64,000 bases of DNA. Origin: Callorhinchus milii (lineage: Eukaryota). Made by a program: the position numbers and the translations under genes. Below, in pieces: positions 13,135-24,870 of this stretch (positions are counted from its first letter, which is position 1; the number at the start of each line of letters is the position of its first letter). The stretch spans positions 48,734,001 to 48,798,000 of the forward strand of contig NW_024704742.1 of NCBI RefSeq assembly GCF_018977255.1, read 5' to 3'. The notes below the pieces were generated by a model. That model saw nothing but the letters and a program-made list of their open reading frames with translations, ran no database searches and had not been told where the DNA came from.

Positions 13135-13563
13135 AATAATAATAATCCTTGCATTTGATATAGTGCCTTATCACATCATGAAGACGTCTCAAAGCGCTTC
13201 ACAGGATATATTTTAAAGTGCACTGTGTACTTTGTGGGCATAACATGTTGCACATAGCAATGTCCCACAAACAGCTACGAAGTGGGTGCCCAATTTTATT
13301 TGGGGTTTGTTGGTCAGGACATGGGGAGAAACTCCCTTCTCTTTTCGAATAGTGCCATTAGATCTTTAACATCCACCTGAACAGGCAGGTGCGACCTTGG
13401 TTTACTGTCTCGTCTGAAGCACGACATCTCCAACAATGCAACACCCCCCGGCAGTGTATTGGAGTGTCACCTTAGATTATGTGATTCCAAGTTCCGATGT
13501 GGGGCTTGAACCCACAAACTTCTGACGCAGAAGCGAGAGTGCTACCGCTGCACCAGGCTGACA
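13135..13563 (-). mobile_element. full-length Deu-domain SINE (family A)
   Basis: tRNA-like head (rc: cagcctggtgcagcggtagcactctcgcttctgcgtcagaag..gggttcaagcccc), Deu core, (tat)n tail. Confidence 0.9.
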
Positions 13564-13809
13564 CTAATTGTTCATTGGAAGGGATATCGTTCAAGGAATT
13601 GTGTGCTACTTTTTGGGGGAAGGAGGGTGCATCAGGAACCAAGAAAAAGTAAATACTGATAATACAAAATATTTTTTAAATGAATCTTGGTGGAGCCTTT
13701 GTGTTTTACAAGGCATTAGAATAATCCAATTTTTAAAAAAAATCATAATAATCTTTGCATTTGATATAGAGCTTTAGGGGGGACTCCTCACAGCGCTTTG
13801 AACCCAAAG

Positions 13810-14141
13810 GCTAGGCTGATACTCCACTGCAGTGCTGAGAGTGCAATGCACTGTTGGAGGTGCAATCAGGTGCAATATTAAACTGAGGTCCTACCTGCTT
13901 ATTCAGGTGGATGTTAAAGATACTATGGCATTCTTCAAAAAGAGAAGGGAGTTCCTCCCAGTGTGTTGGCCAACAATCCCTCAAATAAAATTGGTCACTC
14001 ACTTCATGGCAGTTTGTGGAACATTGGGGTACACAAATTAACCACCACGTTTCCTTACAAAAAACACCCAGTTATTACACTTAACAATAAGTTTGGTGAA
14101 GCACTTTGAGACGCAATTCCAAATGTAAGGATTATTATTAT
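13810..14141 (+). mobile_element. Deu-domain SINE, 5'-truncated
   Basis: ctaggctgatactcc..caggtggatgttaaaga..ggattattatta. Confidence 0.85.
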
Positions 14142-14278
14142 TTTTTGTTACTTGCTCCATACCCTTTTACATTTCTGAATATTTTATATTTCAAAATACA
14201 TTTCTAAAATATTTTCTCTTTTTTTTTCTCACTCCCCTCCCCCTCCCCCCGCCCCTCTCCTCCCCAATACATTTGCAG

Positions 14279-14349
14279 CAAGTCACAGGCAGGAGCTTTG
14301 GAGATAAGGATTTCCGAGCAGGTTTGGAGAGTGGAATCGTACTTTGCGA
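14279..14349 (+). CDS. LIMCH1: LIMCH1 coding exon (71 nt; [23 protein letters not shown]+E), start of CH domain
   Basis: Long pyrimidine tract + tttgcag acceptor, GA|gtaagt donor. The translation matches the recalled LIMCH1 motif [24 protein letters not shown] and fits LIMCH1 better than the paralog LMO7 (AVTEKNFETKDFRASLENG). Confidence 0.95.
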
Positions 14350-14647
14350 GTAAGTCCTGCATTTTTTTCACCTTCAAGGAAGAGAACTGTGTTTTACCTT
14401 AAATAATTTTAAAAAATAGACTGAATCATAAAATCACATAAAGATTATTCCTCAATATCGAGACTGTTTGCAAACTGTCGTCTCTTGGGATGGGACCTTC
14501 ACTTTAACAATTGCATTCACATCTGTTGAACAGGAAAGGTGCTCATGCACCTCCTGGAATAATCATTCTGTTAGTTAGGCTGCAAGTCCTCTTTTGGAAA
14601 ATCCATTAGAGAAAGGTTCTCAGAGCCATGGAAAGGTGACAGTAGAT

Positions 14648-15038
14648 GGGTAGTAACATTGATCCTGGGCCAGGACCATGAACTCATAGTCTAGGCTGAC
14701 ACTCTAATGCAGTAACTGGAAATGTTGCACATTATTGGAGGGTGCGGTCCTTTGGATGAAACATTAAACAGAAGTCTTATCTGCCTACTCAGCTGGATGG
14801 TAAAGCTTACGGCACTAATAGAAAAGAGAAGGTTGTATCTCCCAGCACCCTGGCCAACAATCCCTTAGATAAAAATGGTCATTCACTTCATGGCTGTTTG
14901 TTGGACAAGGCTGTGCATAAATTGGCTGTCGTATTCACCTACAAAATACAGTCACTGCACTTTATGGTAAATCCTGTGAAGTGCTTTGAAACATCCTCCT
15001 CATGTGAAAGATGATTATTAAATGCAAGGCTCATTATA
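14648..15038 (+). mobile_element. Deu-domain SINE
   Basis: Same core and tail as the other family A copies. Confidence 0.8.
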
Positions 15039-15069
15039 GGGATTGTTATAAAGGACGATATGTTATAAA

Positions 15070-15445
15070 GGGTCTTGTTTTGCTGGAGCGCAGAAGGTTA
15101 AGAGGGGAAACTAATGGAAGTTTTCAAAATCATGAATGATTTTGACAGGTTGAATAAAGAGACTGATTTCCACTATTTCAACTGATCCAGCCAGTAGCAA
15201 ATGCTATAAATTTAGGTTTATCAACAGAAAAATTGAGAGATATGAATCTACATTTTTTACTTAGAAGATTGTTAAGAGCAGGGAATGTTATAGAACAATT
15301 GGCTGTTCAAGCCCTGTCCATAACAGCAATTAAAAGAGAATTGGATAAATACTTCATGAAAATGGTGTTAAAGGTTACAGCAAAAAAGCAGGGCAATAGG
15401 ATTAAAGTAAATAGCACCAGTGTGGGAGCCAGCACCAGTACATGC
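15070..15445 (+). mobile_element. old CR1 3' fragment
   Basis: ctggagcgcagaaggttaagagg..gttttcaaaatcatga..agagaattggataaatact. Confidence 0.7.
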
Positions 15446-15744
15446 CCAGGCATGTCCGGCTATCGAGAGCTATTTATTTAAAGCCAGTGATTCCTATGTA
15501 TTTGATTCAGTCAGAAAAGCCCGGTACAGAACAGTTGGTTCTTGTTCTTTAGATCTGGCACTTGTCCTAGCTGCTGCAGGGTAGACCCAGTGAGCTCTCG
15601 ACAACAGGCGTCGCAATCGGCTACTAGCAAATCATTAGCAGAAACATTATTGGCTAATGGCTGTAAATGTGGAGTGAAGCCTGAGAGATTCAATGCCATC
15701 ATTGAAAATCACTGTCAAGGCTAGTCACTAGTTCTTCACCTGCT

Positions 15745-16380
15745 ACAGGTGTGACCACCTGACCTCCACCCCTCTGCCCTCGGGACGGCTGTGGAGGTGA
15801 GGAGATGAAGGATCACCTGGAGTGTAAGCATGCAAAAGCTGTCTGAAAACAGATGGAATGGCTGCCCTCGCGGTTTGTTCCTGTGGACTGCTGTTCACGG
15901 CACTCAGTGGCGTACGGCCTCTTCCCGGGGACACACGGCGAGACTGGCATCGAGTGCGCCTGGAGGATGATCAGTTCGGTGAAGGTGGCCCTTGTCGTCC
16001 CCCGAAACCGGTTGTTGTACCAGTACAGCACCATGTCAGAGAGGGCCTGCTGCAGGCTCGCACACTCCACCATCAGGGACTATGTGTTTAGGGACATGCT
16101 GAAGATCGCTACAGATGGGGCCTGAACAAAACCGCGGCTGCTCCTACGCTGGCAGCAGTGCTAAACCCAACGCGCCAGTGTCCCAACCCCATGGAGGCTG
16201 ACATCAGGGGTGCTCGCCGTGTAGAAGAGCGTCCCGCGAGGAATGTAAGGTGTAAGAATTAAATGTTTGTATCGCGATACAGGAAAAAAGAATGTAACAG
16301 CAGATTTATGTTTTGTTTTGTGTTTTGTTGTTTTTTTGTTGTACCAGATATTATATTGTCAAATAATGTCAACAAAAAAA
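15745..16380 (+). mobile_element. Tx1/L1-clade non-LTR retrotransposon 3' end
   Basis: Degenerate CCHC knuckle (LCPRDGCGGEEMKDHLEC), then YGLFPGTH..W..I.SVK.AL...RN..CCRLAHS.I.DYV.RD, then 3' UTR and an A-run at ~16371-16380. Confidence 0.75.
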
Positions 16381-16502
16381 GCCTGACCACCCCCCCAACC
16401 CCCAACTGTTGCACAATACTTGTCTTTGATGGGAGGCCTGGGGAGGATAAGCTTCAGCGTCCTCACCTTCACGTATTATTCCATCTAGTTTACATTCCAA
16501 TG

Positions 16503-17010
16503 CAACAACAACTTGCACTTATATAGCACCCTCCACGCAGGGTAGCATCTCAGAGCACTTAACCGTGGCGGAGCCTGACTGTGAGCCAGGGTGGGGAGTG
16601 GGGAGGTGGCTGTAAGCATGGTCAAAAAGGAAGATTTTAAAGCAGGACTTGAAAAAGGGGAGAGAGGGGACAAGGCGGAGGGATTGAGGGAGAGTGTTCC
16701 AGAATTTTGGGGTGTAGTGGCTGAAAAGCCCAACCTCCGATGATGGGTCGGAGGGTGCGAGGAACGAGCAGGAGGCCGGTACCAGTCGAACGGCGGTGTT
16801 AGGTGGTGGATTGGGGAGTGAGGAGGTCGGAGAAGTAGGGAGATACCTGAGAATGAAGGGATTTGAACATGAGTGTGAGGATCTTGAAGTTGATCTAATC
16901 GGTGATGGGGAGCCAGTGGAGCCTGACCAGAACTGATGAGATGGGGATATGGAGTTTGGTCCGGGAAAGCATGTGGACCACTGAATTGTGCATTTCTGCA
17001 ATAAGACTGA
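16503..17010 (-). mobile_element. L2 3' fragment
   Basis: LVRLHWLPI, FSHYTPKFWNTLP, (caa)n tail. Confidence 0.88.
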
Positions 17011-17483
17011 ATACTGTCCTATTGCTGTGATCTGCTTGTACTCCACTGCACGCCCACTTCACTAACACAGGCTCACTGTACATCCCTGCTCCCTCTGTGA
17101 AAACAGTCCTCCATTATGGATCTGAGCTTCTGGGGATGCAGTGGAGAGGCTTCCTCTGACCCATCTGCAAAGTCCAGGATCAGGCGGTGAGGTGGATTTG
17201 TGGCAAACACGTGAAGTGGCTACAGGGAGGGAGGGCTCCGGCCTACACTGACCTGTTGTTAAGCACCCTGGAGGTGGAATTGGCTTCACAGTCTATTTGC
17301 TAAGGCCCCTCATTTGAGGACCTGGATTAAGCAGCTGGTGCTGAGTAAGCCTGGTACACGGCATTGGACTGGGACTTCAAGAGCATCAAGGTGGCTAGCA
17401 CGTCACAAGCTGTCCCGTAAAGGTCTTCCCACCACACGGAAGGCAGATGCCGGCTGATACTTCCTTCTGACGTGAAAGGTGCT

Positions 17484-17756
17484 GGTTTTAGCTGGTTAAA
17501 CTCCAGCAGTTACCCCAACACACACTCTGGGATCCCCAAACCTTGGCTCTTGCCAACCTGCGCCTAATACTTAGGTGACTAGGATGCATCCCTCCAGGGA
17601 GAGAGTGCGCATTCCATTCCAACAATCTATCTCTGGGATTTCCATGTGTAGGTGAGATGCATGGATATCTCAGTTTAGTTCGGATACTCTTAAGCATGGT
17701 GATGAGTATCCGCATGTGTCAGACACCCAACTGACCAATAAAAAATGAAGGACCAA
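17484..17756. repeat. unclassified ~270-bp interspersed repeat, copy 1
   Basis: Aligns by eye to 29560-29820 and splits an L2 tail. Confidence 0.75.
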
Positions 17757-17987
17757 TATATAAATGCAAGTTGTTGTTATTCAGCAAGAACAAGTTTCTA
17801 ATCGGGAATCCAGCTGGTGATCAGTCATTGAATCACAACCAACCCACAGAAATCCCATAACCTACTCCTGCCGGGTCAGAGCACAGACACACGATTTGGC
17901 TATGACAGTAACTATCAGATCCCTGTAAATCAGTCTTAAGTTGCTCTAAGAGAACCCTACAATAAACTTCAACCCCAATATGCATTG

Positions 17988-18210
17988 TCTTTCAGGCACT
18001 ACACCCCGAAACTCTGGAACACTCTTCCTCTATCCCTCTGCCTTGCCACTCCTTCCCCACCTTCAGGTTGTACCTGAAGACCTTCCTATTCGACCGTACG
18101 TATGGTCATCTCCACCTCCCCCAGGCTCAGCGTCGTGTTCCACCACTGTCAAGCGCTCTGCGACGCTACATTGCTTGAGGGGCGCTCTATAAATGCAGGT
18201 TGTTGTTTTC
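17988..18210 (+). mobile_element. L2 3' fragment
   Basis: ctctggaacactcttcc..gaagaccttcctattcgacc..ggcgctctataaatgcaggttgttg. Confidence 0.85.
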
Positions 18211-18309
18211 TTTGTGTATTGTATGATGTTGAAAAGTGTGTTTTTACAGAACTGATATTTATCATATCCATCATAACAATGACCTGGAAAGGTTACAAGG
18301 TTAGATTCA

Positions 18310-18796
18310 ATTTCATCATTTTAAAAACCTCCATCATATCACCCCTTAACATTATTTGCTCCAAAGGACAGAGTGCTAATCTCTCAGCCTTTCCTCATAG
18401 ACAGGTTAGAATTTCTTTGTTGGAGCAGAATTTAAAAGGGTGATATGATGGAGGTGTTTATGATAATGAAAGCATTTGAAATAATTAATCACTCGTTCTT
18501 TCTGCTGATAGGGGATCCAAGGACAACACGGTATGAATTCAAGATTGTGACAAGAGATTGTGTATTTATGAGAGCTTCTTCACAGATTTGTCAAGGTGTG
18601 AAGATTTGCTAGGAGTGGCTCTTAGAGCAGAAATGTTTGGAGGGTATTTAAAACAACAGCAGTTTGCATTTATACAGCGCCCTTCACGTGGAGTAGTCTC
18701 GGAGAGTTAAAAGAGAATTAGGCAGGCACGTGCAGAGGAAGGGGACAGAGCAGAAATTGGAATTAGGATAGATGGTTTCCAGGAGGAGCAAACGTC
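18310..18796 (+). mobile_element. old CR1 3' fragment with an inverted 5' arm and a small L2-tail insert (~18652-18710)
   Basis: ttggagcag..gggtgatatgatggaggtgttt..ttcttcacag..agagaattag. Confidence 0.7.
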
Positions 18797-18802
18797 AACA
18801 TG

Positions 18803-21347
18803 GAAACATCAAAAAAATCAAGAAATCAGTGGAGCATGTAGGAAAGCGATAAAAAGCGATAATAGTGGGTGATTTCAATCTCCACATAGATTGGGAAAAC
18901 CAAATCGGCAAAAGTAAGTTAGAAGAAGAGTCGATTGAGTGTATGAGAGAGAACTTTCTAGAGCAGCATGCCGAGGAACCAACAAGGGTACAGGCCATCC
19001 TAGACCTTGTTTTGTGTAACGAAACAGGGGTAGTTGGCAGTGTAGGTAGTAAGACTCCTCTGGGGCAGAGTGATCACAATATGATTGAATTCTGCATTAA
19101 GTTAGAGAGGGATATAGTTAAATACGAGGCAAGTATTCTGAATTTAAATAGGGCTAATTTTGTAGGTATGAGGAAAGATTTAGGTAAAATAGACTGGAGA
19201 ATACGTTTAAAAGATAAAAATGTAGACCAACAGTGGCAAATATTTAAGGATGTAGTGCAAAATTCTCAGCGGTCGCATATTCCCTTGCGGAATAAGAGTA
19301 CCACAGGGAAAGCAATTCATCCGTGGCTAACTAGAGCAGTTAGGGAAAGCATCAAATTAAAAAACTTATAAAACTGCCAAGAAAAGCAGCAAATCTGAAG
19401 ATTGGGTAAGTTTTAGAAACCAGCAAAAAAAACTAAAAGACTCATTAAGAGTGAGAAAAAGGATTATGAGGGTAAGCTAGCTAGGAACATTAAGTCTGAT
19501 TGTAAAAGTTTTTACAGATATATTAAGGGGAATAGGCCAGTGAGGGTAAATGTAGGTCCACTTCAGTCAGAGACGGGAGAAGTTGTAATGGGGGATAAGG
19601 ACAATGCAGAGTGCCTAAATGGGTGCTTTGCATCTGTCTTCACCCTAGAAGACATAACAAGTCTGCCAACAATAGAGATGCACCAAGGGATAAGGACAGG
19701 GAGCAACTTAGGGACATTTTTATTGGTAGAGAATTGGTGCTAGGGAACCTGTTAGCACTAAAAAGTGACAAATCCCCTGGTCCGTATGGCTTGCATCCCA
19801 GGGTTTTAAAAGAGGGAGCTTATGAGATAGTGGAGGCCTTGTGTCTGATCTTCCAAAATTCCTTGGATTCTGGAACAGTCCCCATGGATTGGAAGATCGC
19901 AAATATCACACCACTATTTAAAAAAGGTGGAAAGGAAAAGATGGGGAACTATAGGCCAGTTAGTCTCACATCAGTGATAGGAAAAATTTTAGAATCATTG
20001 ATTAAGGATGTGGTAGTGCGGTATTTAGAGGAGCACAATATAATTAGGCCAAGTCAACATGGCTTTACAAAAGGGAAGTCATGTTTGACAAATCTCATAG
20101 AGTTTTTTGAGGATATTTCCAGTAAACTAGATAAGGGTGAATCAGTGGATGTGGTCTATTTGGACTTCCAGAAGGCATTCGATAAGGTGCCGCATAAAAG
20201 GTTAGTCCAAAAGATAGGGCCCATGGAATTGGGGGGAGCATATTAACGTGGATTGGGGAATGGTTAACGGGTAGGAAACAAAGAGTAGGGATAAACGGGT
20301 CCTTTTCAGATTGGCGGGATGTGACTAGTGGAGTGCCACAAGGATCAGTCCTTGGGCCTCAGCTATTTACCATCTATATCAACGATCTAGATGAGGACAT
20401 CGAAGTTAATATATCTAAATTCGCGGATGACACAAAACTAGGAGGAAGTGTCAACACAGAGGATGACATTAAAAAAATGCAACGAGACATAGATAGGTTA
20501 GGTGATTGGGCAGGTAAGTGGCAGATGAAGTATAATGTAGGGAAGTGCAAAGTCATCCACCTCGGTAGCAAAAACAGTAGAGCGGGTTATTTTTTAGAAG
20601 GGGAGAGATTGGAATGTGTTAGCGTCCAGAGGGACTTGGGTGTCCTTGTACACCAATCACAGAAAGTTAGTCTGCAGGTGCAGCAGCAATTAGGAAGGCG
20701 AACGGTATGTTAGCATTCATTATGAAAGGATTAGAGTATAAGAGTAGGGAAGTCTTGCTGCAACTGTATAGGGCCCTGGTGAGACCACACCTGGAATACT
20801 GTGTGCAGTTTTGGTCTCCTTATTTAAGGAAGGATGTAGTTGCCTTGGAGGGGGTGCAGCGTAGATTTATTGGTTAGTACCAGGGATGAAGGGGTTGAGT
20901 TACGAGGATAGGCTGACCAATTTGGGCCTATATTCTCTAGAATATAGAAGAATTAGAGGGGATCTTATAGAAACCTATAAGATCATCAAAGGGCATGATA
21001 GAGTAGATAGTGGGAGGTTGTTTCCCCTGGTTGGAGAAACTAAAACCAGGGCTCACAACCTTAAAATCAGAGGCCAGCCCTTTCGCACTGAATTGAGGTA
21101 GAACTTCTTCACTCAAAGGGTGGTGAATGTATGGAACTCACTACACCAAAGGGCTGTTGATGCTCAGTCCTTGAACATATTCAAGACTGAGATAGATAGA
21201 TTTCTTATTGCAAAAGGGATTAAGGCATATGGGGATAAGGCAGGTTCAGGTTATTAGCTGGAGTTAGATTAGAAGATCATCCATGATTGAATGGTGGGGC
21301 AGGTTCGAAGGGCCGAATGGCCTATTCCTGCTCCTACATGTTATGTT
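18803..21347 (+). mobile_element. CR1 LINE, ~2.5 kb, 5'-truncated within the endonuclease, few frameshifts
   Basis: GDFN and SDHN (APE endonuclease), KSPGP, NYRPVSLTS, QHGF..GKSCLTNL, YLDFQKAFDKVPH, GVPQGSVLGP, FADDTK, 3' end gggccgaatggcct..(atgtt)2, flanked by an AACATG duplication. Confidence 0.95.
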
Positions 21348-21496
21348 AACATGAGCCATATTGTACATCTATGCCTTTGTTACTTGTATCTGATTTTTGA
21401 AGGGCTTTAGAAATGCACCTTGGAAATTGTAGAATATGTTCGTGATTAAGATAACAGCTTATCACTCCCTTAACTATAAACTGTCATTCGAATGGA

Positions 21497-22083
21497 TCCT
21501 AGTCCACGCCTTTGTCACCTCTCAGTTGGACTATTCTAATGTCCTCCTCGCTGGTCTCCCTTCCACTACCATTCATAAAATCCAGATCATTCAAAACTCT
21601 GCCGCCCGCATTCTCACCAGAACCAAACTCCGCTCCCTGATCACCCCAGTCCTTGCCAGACTGCACTGGCTGCCTATCCCAGAGAGGATCAACTTCAAGA
21701 TCTTCACCCTTGTATTCAAATCCCTCCACTCCTCTGCATCCCCCTACCTCTCTGACCTCTCTCCTCAAAACAGTACCCGTTGCCTTCGTTCCTCCGGATC
21801 TGGCCTCCTCCTTGTCCCCCGAGTCCTCCGCTCCACTCTCGGCAGCCGTGCCTTCAGCCACTATGCCCCGAGGCTCTGTAATTCCTTTCCTCACTCCCTT
21901 CGCCTCGCTCCCTCTCTTCCTATTTTCAGGTCCCTGCTGAAGACCTTTCTCTTCGACCGCGCCTTTGGTCACCTTCCCACCCCTCCCCCTGGCTCAGTCA
22001 GCCCCGGGATCCGTTACTGTAAAGCTCTCTGAGATGCCGTCCGGCGTGGAGGGCGCTATATAAATCCATGTTGGTGTTGTTGT
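21497..22083 (+). mobile_element. L2 3' fragment with open ORF2 C-terminus
   Basis: [36 protein letters not shown], (tgt)n tail. Confidence 0.92.
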
Positions 22084-22084
22084 A

Positions 22085-22515
22085 GGGATCTTACAGCCCT
22101 CTGGCCTCAATATTGATTTCAGTAATTTCAGACCATAACAGCTCACCTTCCCCCCCACCCCCCCTCTTCTATGACCATTACCACATCATCTGGTCCCTGG
22201 TCTCTTCTCTCTCTGGTCTGCTTATTTTGTTGCAATTTTCTCCCCTTTTGTTTTGCATCATTAACACCTCTTTAACCCATCATCCGCCATCCTCTACCCC
22301 ATTTTCTCCTTTGTCTTCCTTGTCCTGCCTCCCCCCCGCTCTGTTAGCCCTTAAAAGCCTCTCCCTCCCAACATGCCCCAGTTCTGACGAAGGGTCGTGG
22401 ACCCCAAACGTTGATTCACTTTCCTTTCTCCATAGCTGCTGCCTGACCTGCTGAGTGTTCCCAGCGACTTCTGTTTTTGTTTCAGATTTCCAGCGTTTGC
22501 AGTATTTTGCATTTT
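22085..22515 (+). mobile_element. Penelope-like element 3' end
   Basis: GILQPSGLNIDFSNFRP* (GIY-YIG C-terminal LxPxGLN motif, 22085-22138), pyrimidine-rich UTR, ctgacgaagggtc..gaccc.aaacg..gctgcctgacctgctgag..ttccagc terminal block. Confidence 0.8.
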
Positions 22516-23414
22516 GTTTGATTTTGTTTGTTCTTTTACTGATTGTTAAATAACACAGAGCTAACGTTCAATGCTCCCAAGGCATGAATGCCAAATATTT
22601 GGCTTTGAGGTTCAAGCCATTCTTTATGGGAATTGTGGAATGGAGACATAATTAATAGATACATTTTGGCTGGTCTGAGTAACCACTGTCCTTCACTCTC
22701 CTTATCTAACTCACATTTTTGAGCCAACAGGATGTCTAATAAGCATTTAAATAATTTCAATAGATATCTCAAGCTGCAAGATGTATTTAGCAAGTGAGAC
22801 TAAACAGTAAAGAGCAATTAGATTAGTGAAGCTTAACTTTAGCTGCTTACGTGTTAAATCGAAACAAACAGAAATGGTAGTAATGGATCTGGGATTGGAG
22901 AAGATGGAGTGCTACTAGTTATGGTTTGACAGCACCTTGTCAGATGATGGATTCTAGGCTACTCACGTTATTAGAAATATTCATCGTGATCTGTGGTGTT
23001 ATATTATTAGAGTTCTATAAAACCTGACACAATTTATACCCTCTTTTTAGAGGATGTATACCTTTTGTGCCATTCTCCCTCTTCAACTGTCCAGCGCCTT
23101 GGGAAGTCCTCCCGACGTGAAAGGCGCTCTATAAATGAAATCTTGTTGTTGTTGTTCAAAACTCTCTTAAAAATGTAACTCTTTGATTAAATTCAAGACG
23201 TCCCAAAGCACTTTCCAGAATATACTGCAAAGTGTGAATTAAATGCAAGGATTATTTATATATATTTTGTGGGCAAAAAGCGGCAGCCAATTGCGCACAG
23301 CAGTGTCACATAATAGTCGTGGAATGAGTGACCAATTTATTTATTTTTTTCAAAAATTATTATTCCCGGAAAATGGTCATTGTCTCAGCTCCGTTGTTTT
23401 GTTTTTATATGCTT

Positions 23415-23807
23415 TAAAGTGTTTCACACAATTTACTGTGAAGTGACTATATATTTGTAGGTGAATGCAACAACCTTTTTACACACTGCAGTGTCTTACA
23501 AACAGCTACTCACAAAAGTGAATGATGAATTTTATCTCGGGGCTTGTCGGCTTGGATATTGGGAGAAACTCCCTTCTCTTTTTTGGGTAGTGCCATGGGA
23601 TTTTTAACGTCCACATGAACATGCAGACCGGAACTCAGATTAATATCTTATCTCAAAAATGTCACTTCTGAAAATACAGTACAGACCCGCCGGCATTGCA
23701 ATTGGAATGTCAGCCTACACTAGACTATATGAGTGGAAAGTCCCAATGTGAAGCTTGAACCCAAACTTTCTGACTCAGAAGTGAGAGTGCTGTGGACTGA
23801 TACCAAA
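23415..23807 (-). mobile_element. Deu-domain SINE
   Basis: tagtgccatgggatttttaacgtccac..ttctgactcagaagtgagagtgct. Confidence 0.85.
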
Positions 23808-24333
23808 TGGCCTGTAAATTTTCCTTGAGTCTGTGGGATTACGTTAATGTTAACACAGGAACAGATTGCAAAATGTTGGGAAGTTTATGCCATTGTACTC
23901 CAGACTACTTTATTCGGCTAGATGTGATATTTTGAAGGAAGTGAACAATGAATATGAATGGGCAATTATTAGTACAGATTTCAGTGACCCACATGTTTTC
24001 AAGTATTTCAATGCAAGATTAAATTAAAACAAATATAGTGGTTTCTGGAAATCCCATCTACTCAATATTGTTTAGATATAGGATTCAGTGCAGAGGACAG
24101 GCAGTTACAATATTTTAATTTATGTTTCACTGATTGATGTCCTGAATTGATTCTTAATCAGGATCAAGATCACAGAGATTACTTTAAACCTGTCCTCACC
24201 CATTATGCTTTCCAGATATTCAAAGTATATAATATATATTACTGACATTTTATGATTCATATGATTTATGATTCATTTCTAATTTATTCTGAAATTTTAA
24301 AAAAAGCAGTAGAGCTGAACTAAGAATACAGAT

Positions 24334-24490
24334 AAATAATCCTTGCATTTGATATAGCACTTTTTATGTCTTCTACATGTCTGAAAGCGCTTCACAGGGT
24401 ATACTTGCCCAAGGTTTCGCCCTGTCTGGAATTGAACTCAGGTCTCTCACTTGCAAAGCGAGTGCTCTAACCACTGAGCTACAGGACTCC
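24334..24490 (-). mobile_element. minimal family B SINE (head joined almost directly to tail)
   Basis: rc ggagtcctgtagctcagtggttagagcactcgctttgcaag..ccttgggcaag followed directly by the tail. Confidence 0.85.
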
Positions 24491-24679
24491 AAAATGACAC
24501 AATGGTATAAATAAACATAGTGTGTTTCAAGTTACTGATCAGTATTTAAAACTAAGTAAGAATATATTTTATTATGATAACTAAATGTTGTCATAATAAA
24601 ATACCAGAGTGAAACCCTTTTTAATTTGCAAAGAGAAAATCACAATTCCTCTAGAAAGGGCAGGGATAATGGTATTCTT

Positions 24680-24870
24680 TGTCCTGGCCAACAAATCCCC
24701 CAAATAAAATTGGTCGCACACTCCACAACTGTTTGTGGGACGTTGCTGTGCACAATTGGCTGCCGCGTTTCACTCACAAAATACACAGTAACTGCACTTT
24801 ACAGTATACCCTGTGAAGTGTTTTGAGACGTCTCGACGACATGATAAGGTGCTGTATCAAATGCAAGGAA
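24680..24870 (+). mobile_element. SINE 3' half
   Basis: gtcctggccaac..aaattggtc..aaatgcaagga. Confidence 0.8.

Noticed and set aside
18865..21101. Reverse transcriptase ORFs as a host gene or retron-like system
   Set aside because: Ordinary frameshifted CR1 ORF2 in a vertebrate intron.
21436..22032. 198-aa ORF as a novel gene
   Set aside because: L2 ORF2 C-terminus fused by chance to an upstream ATG.
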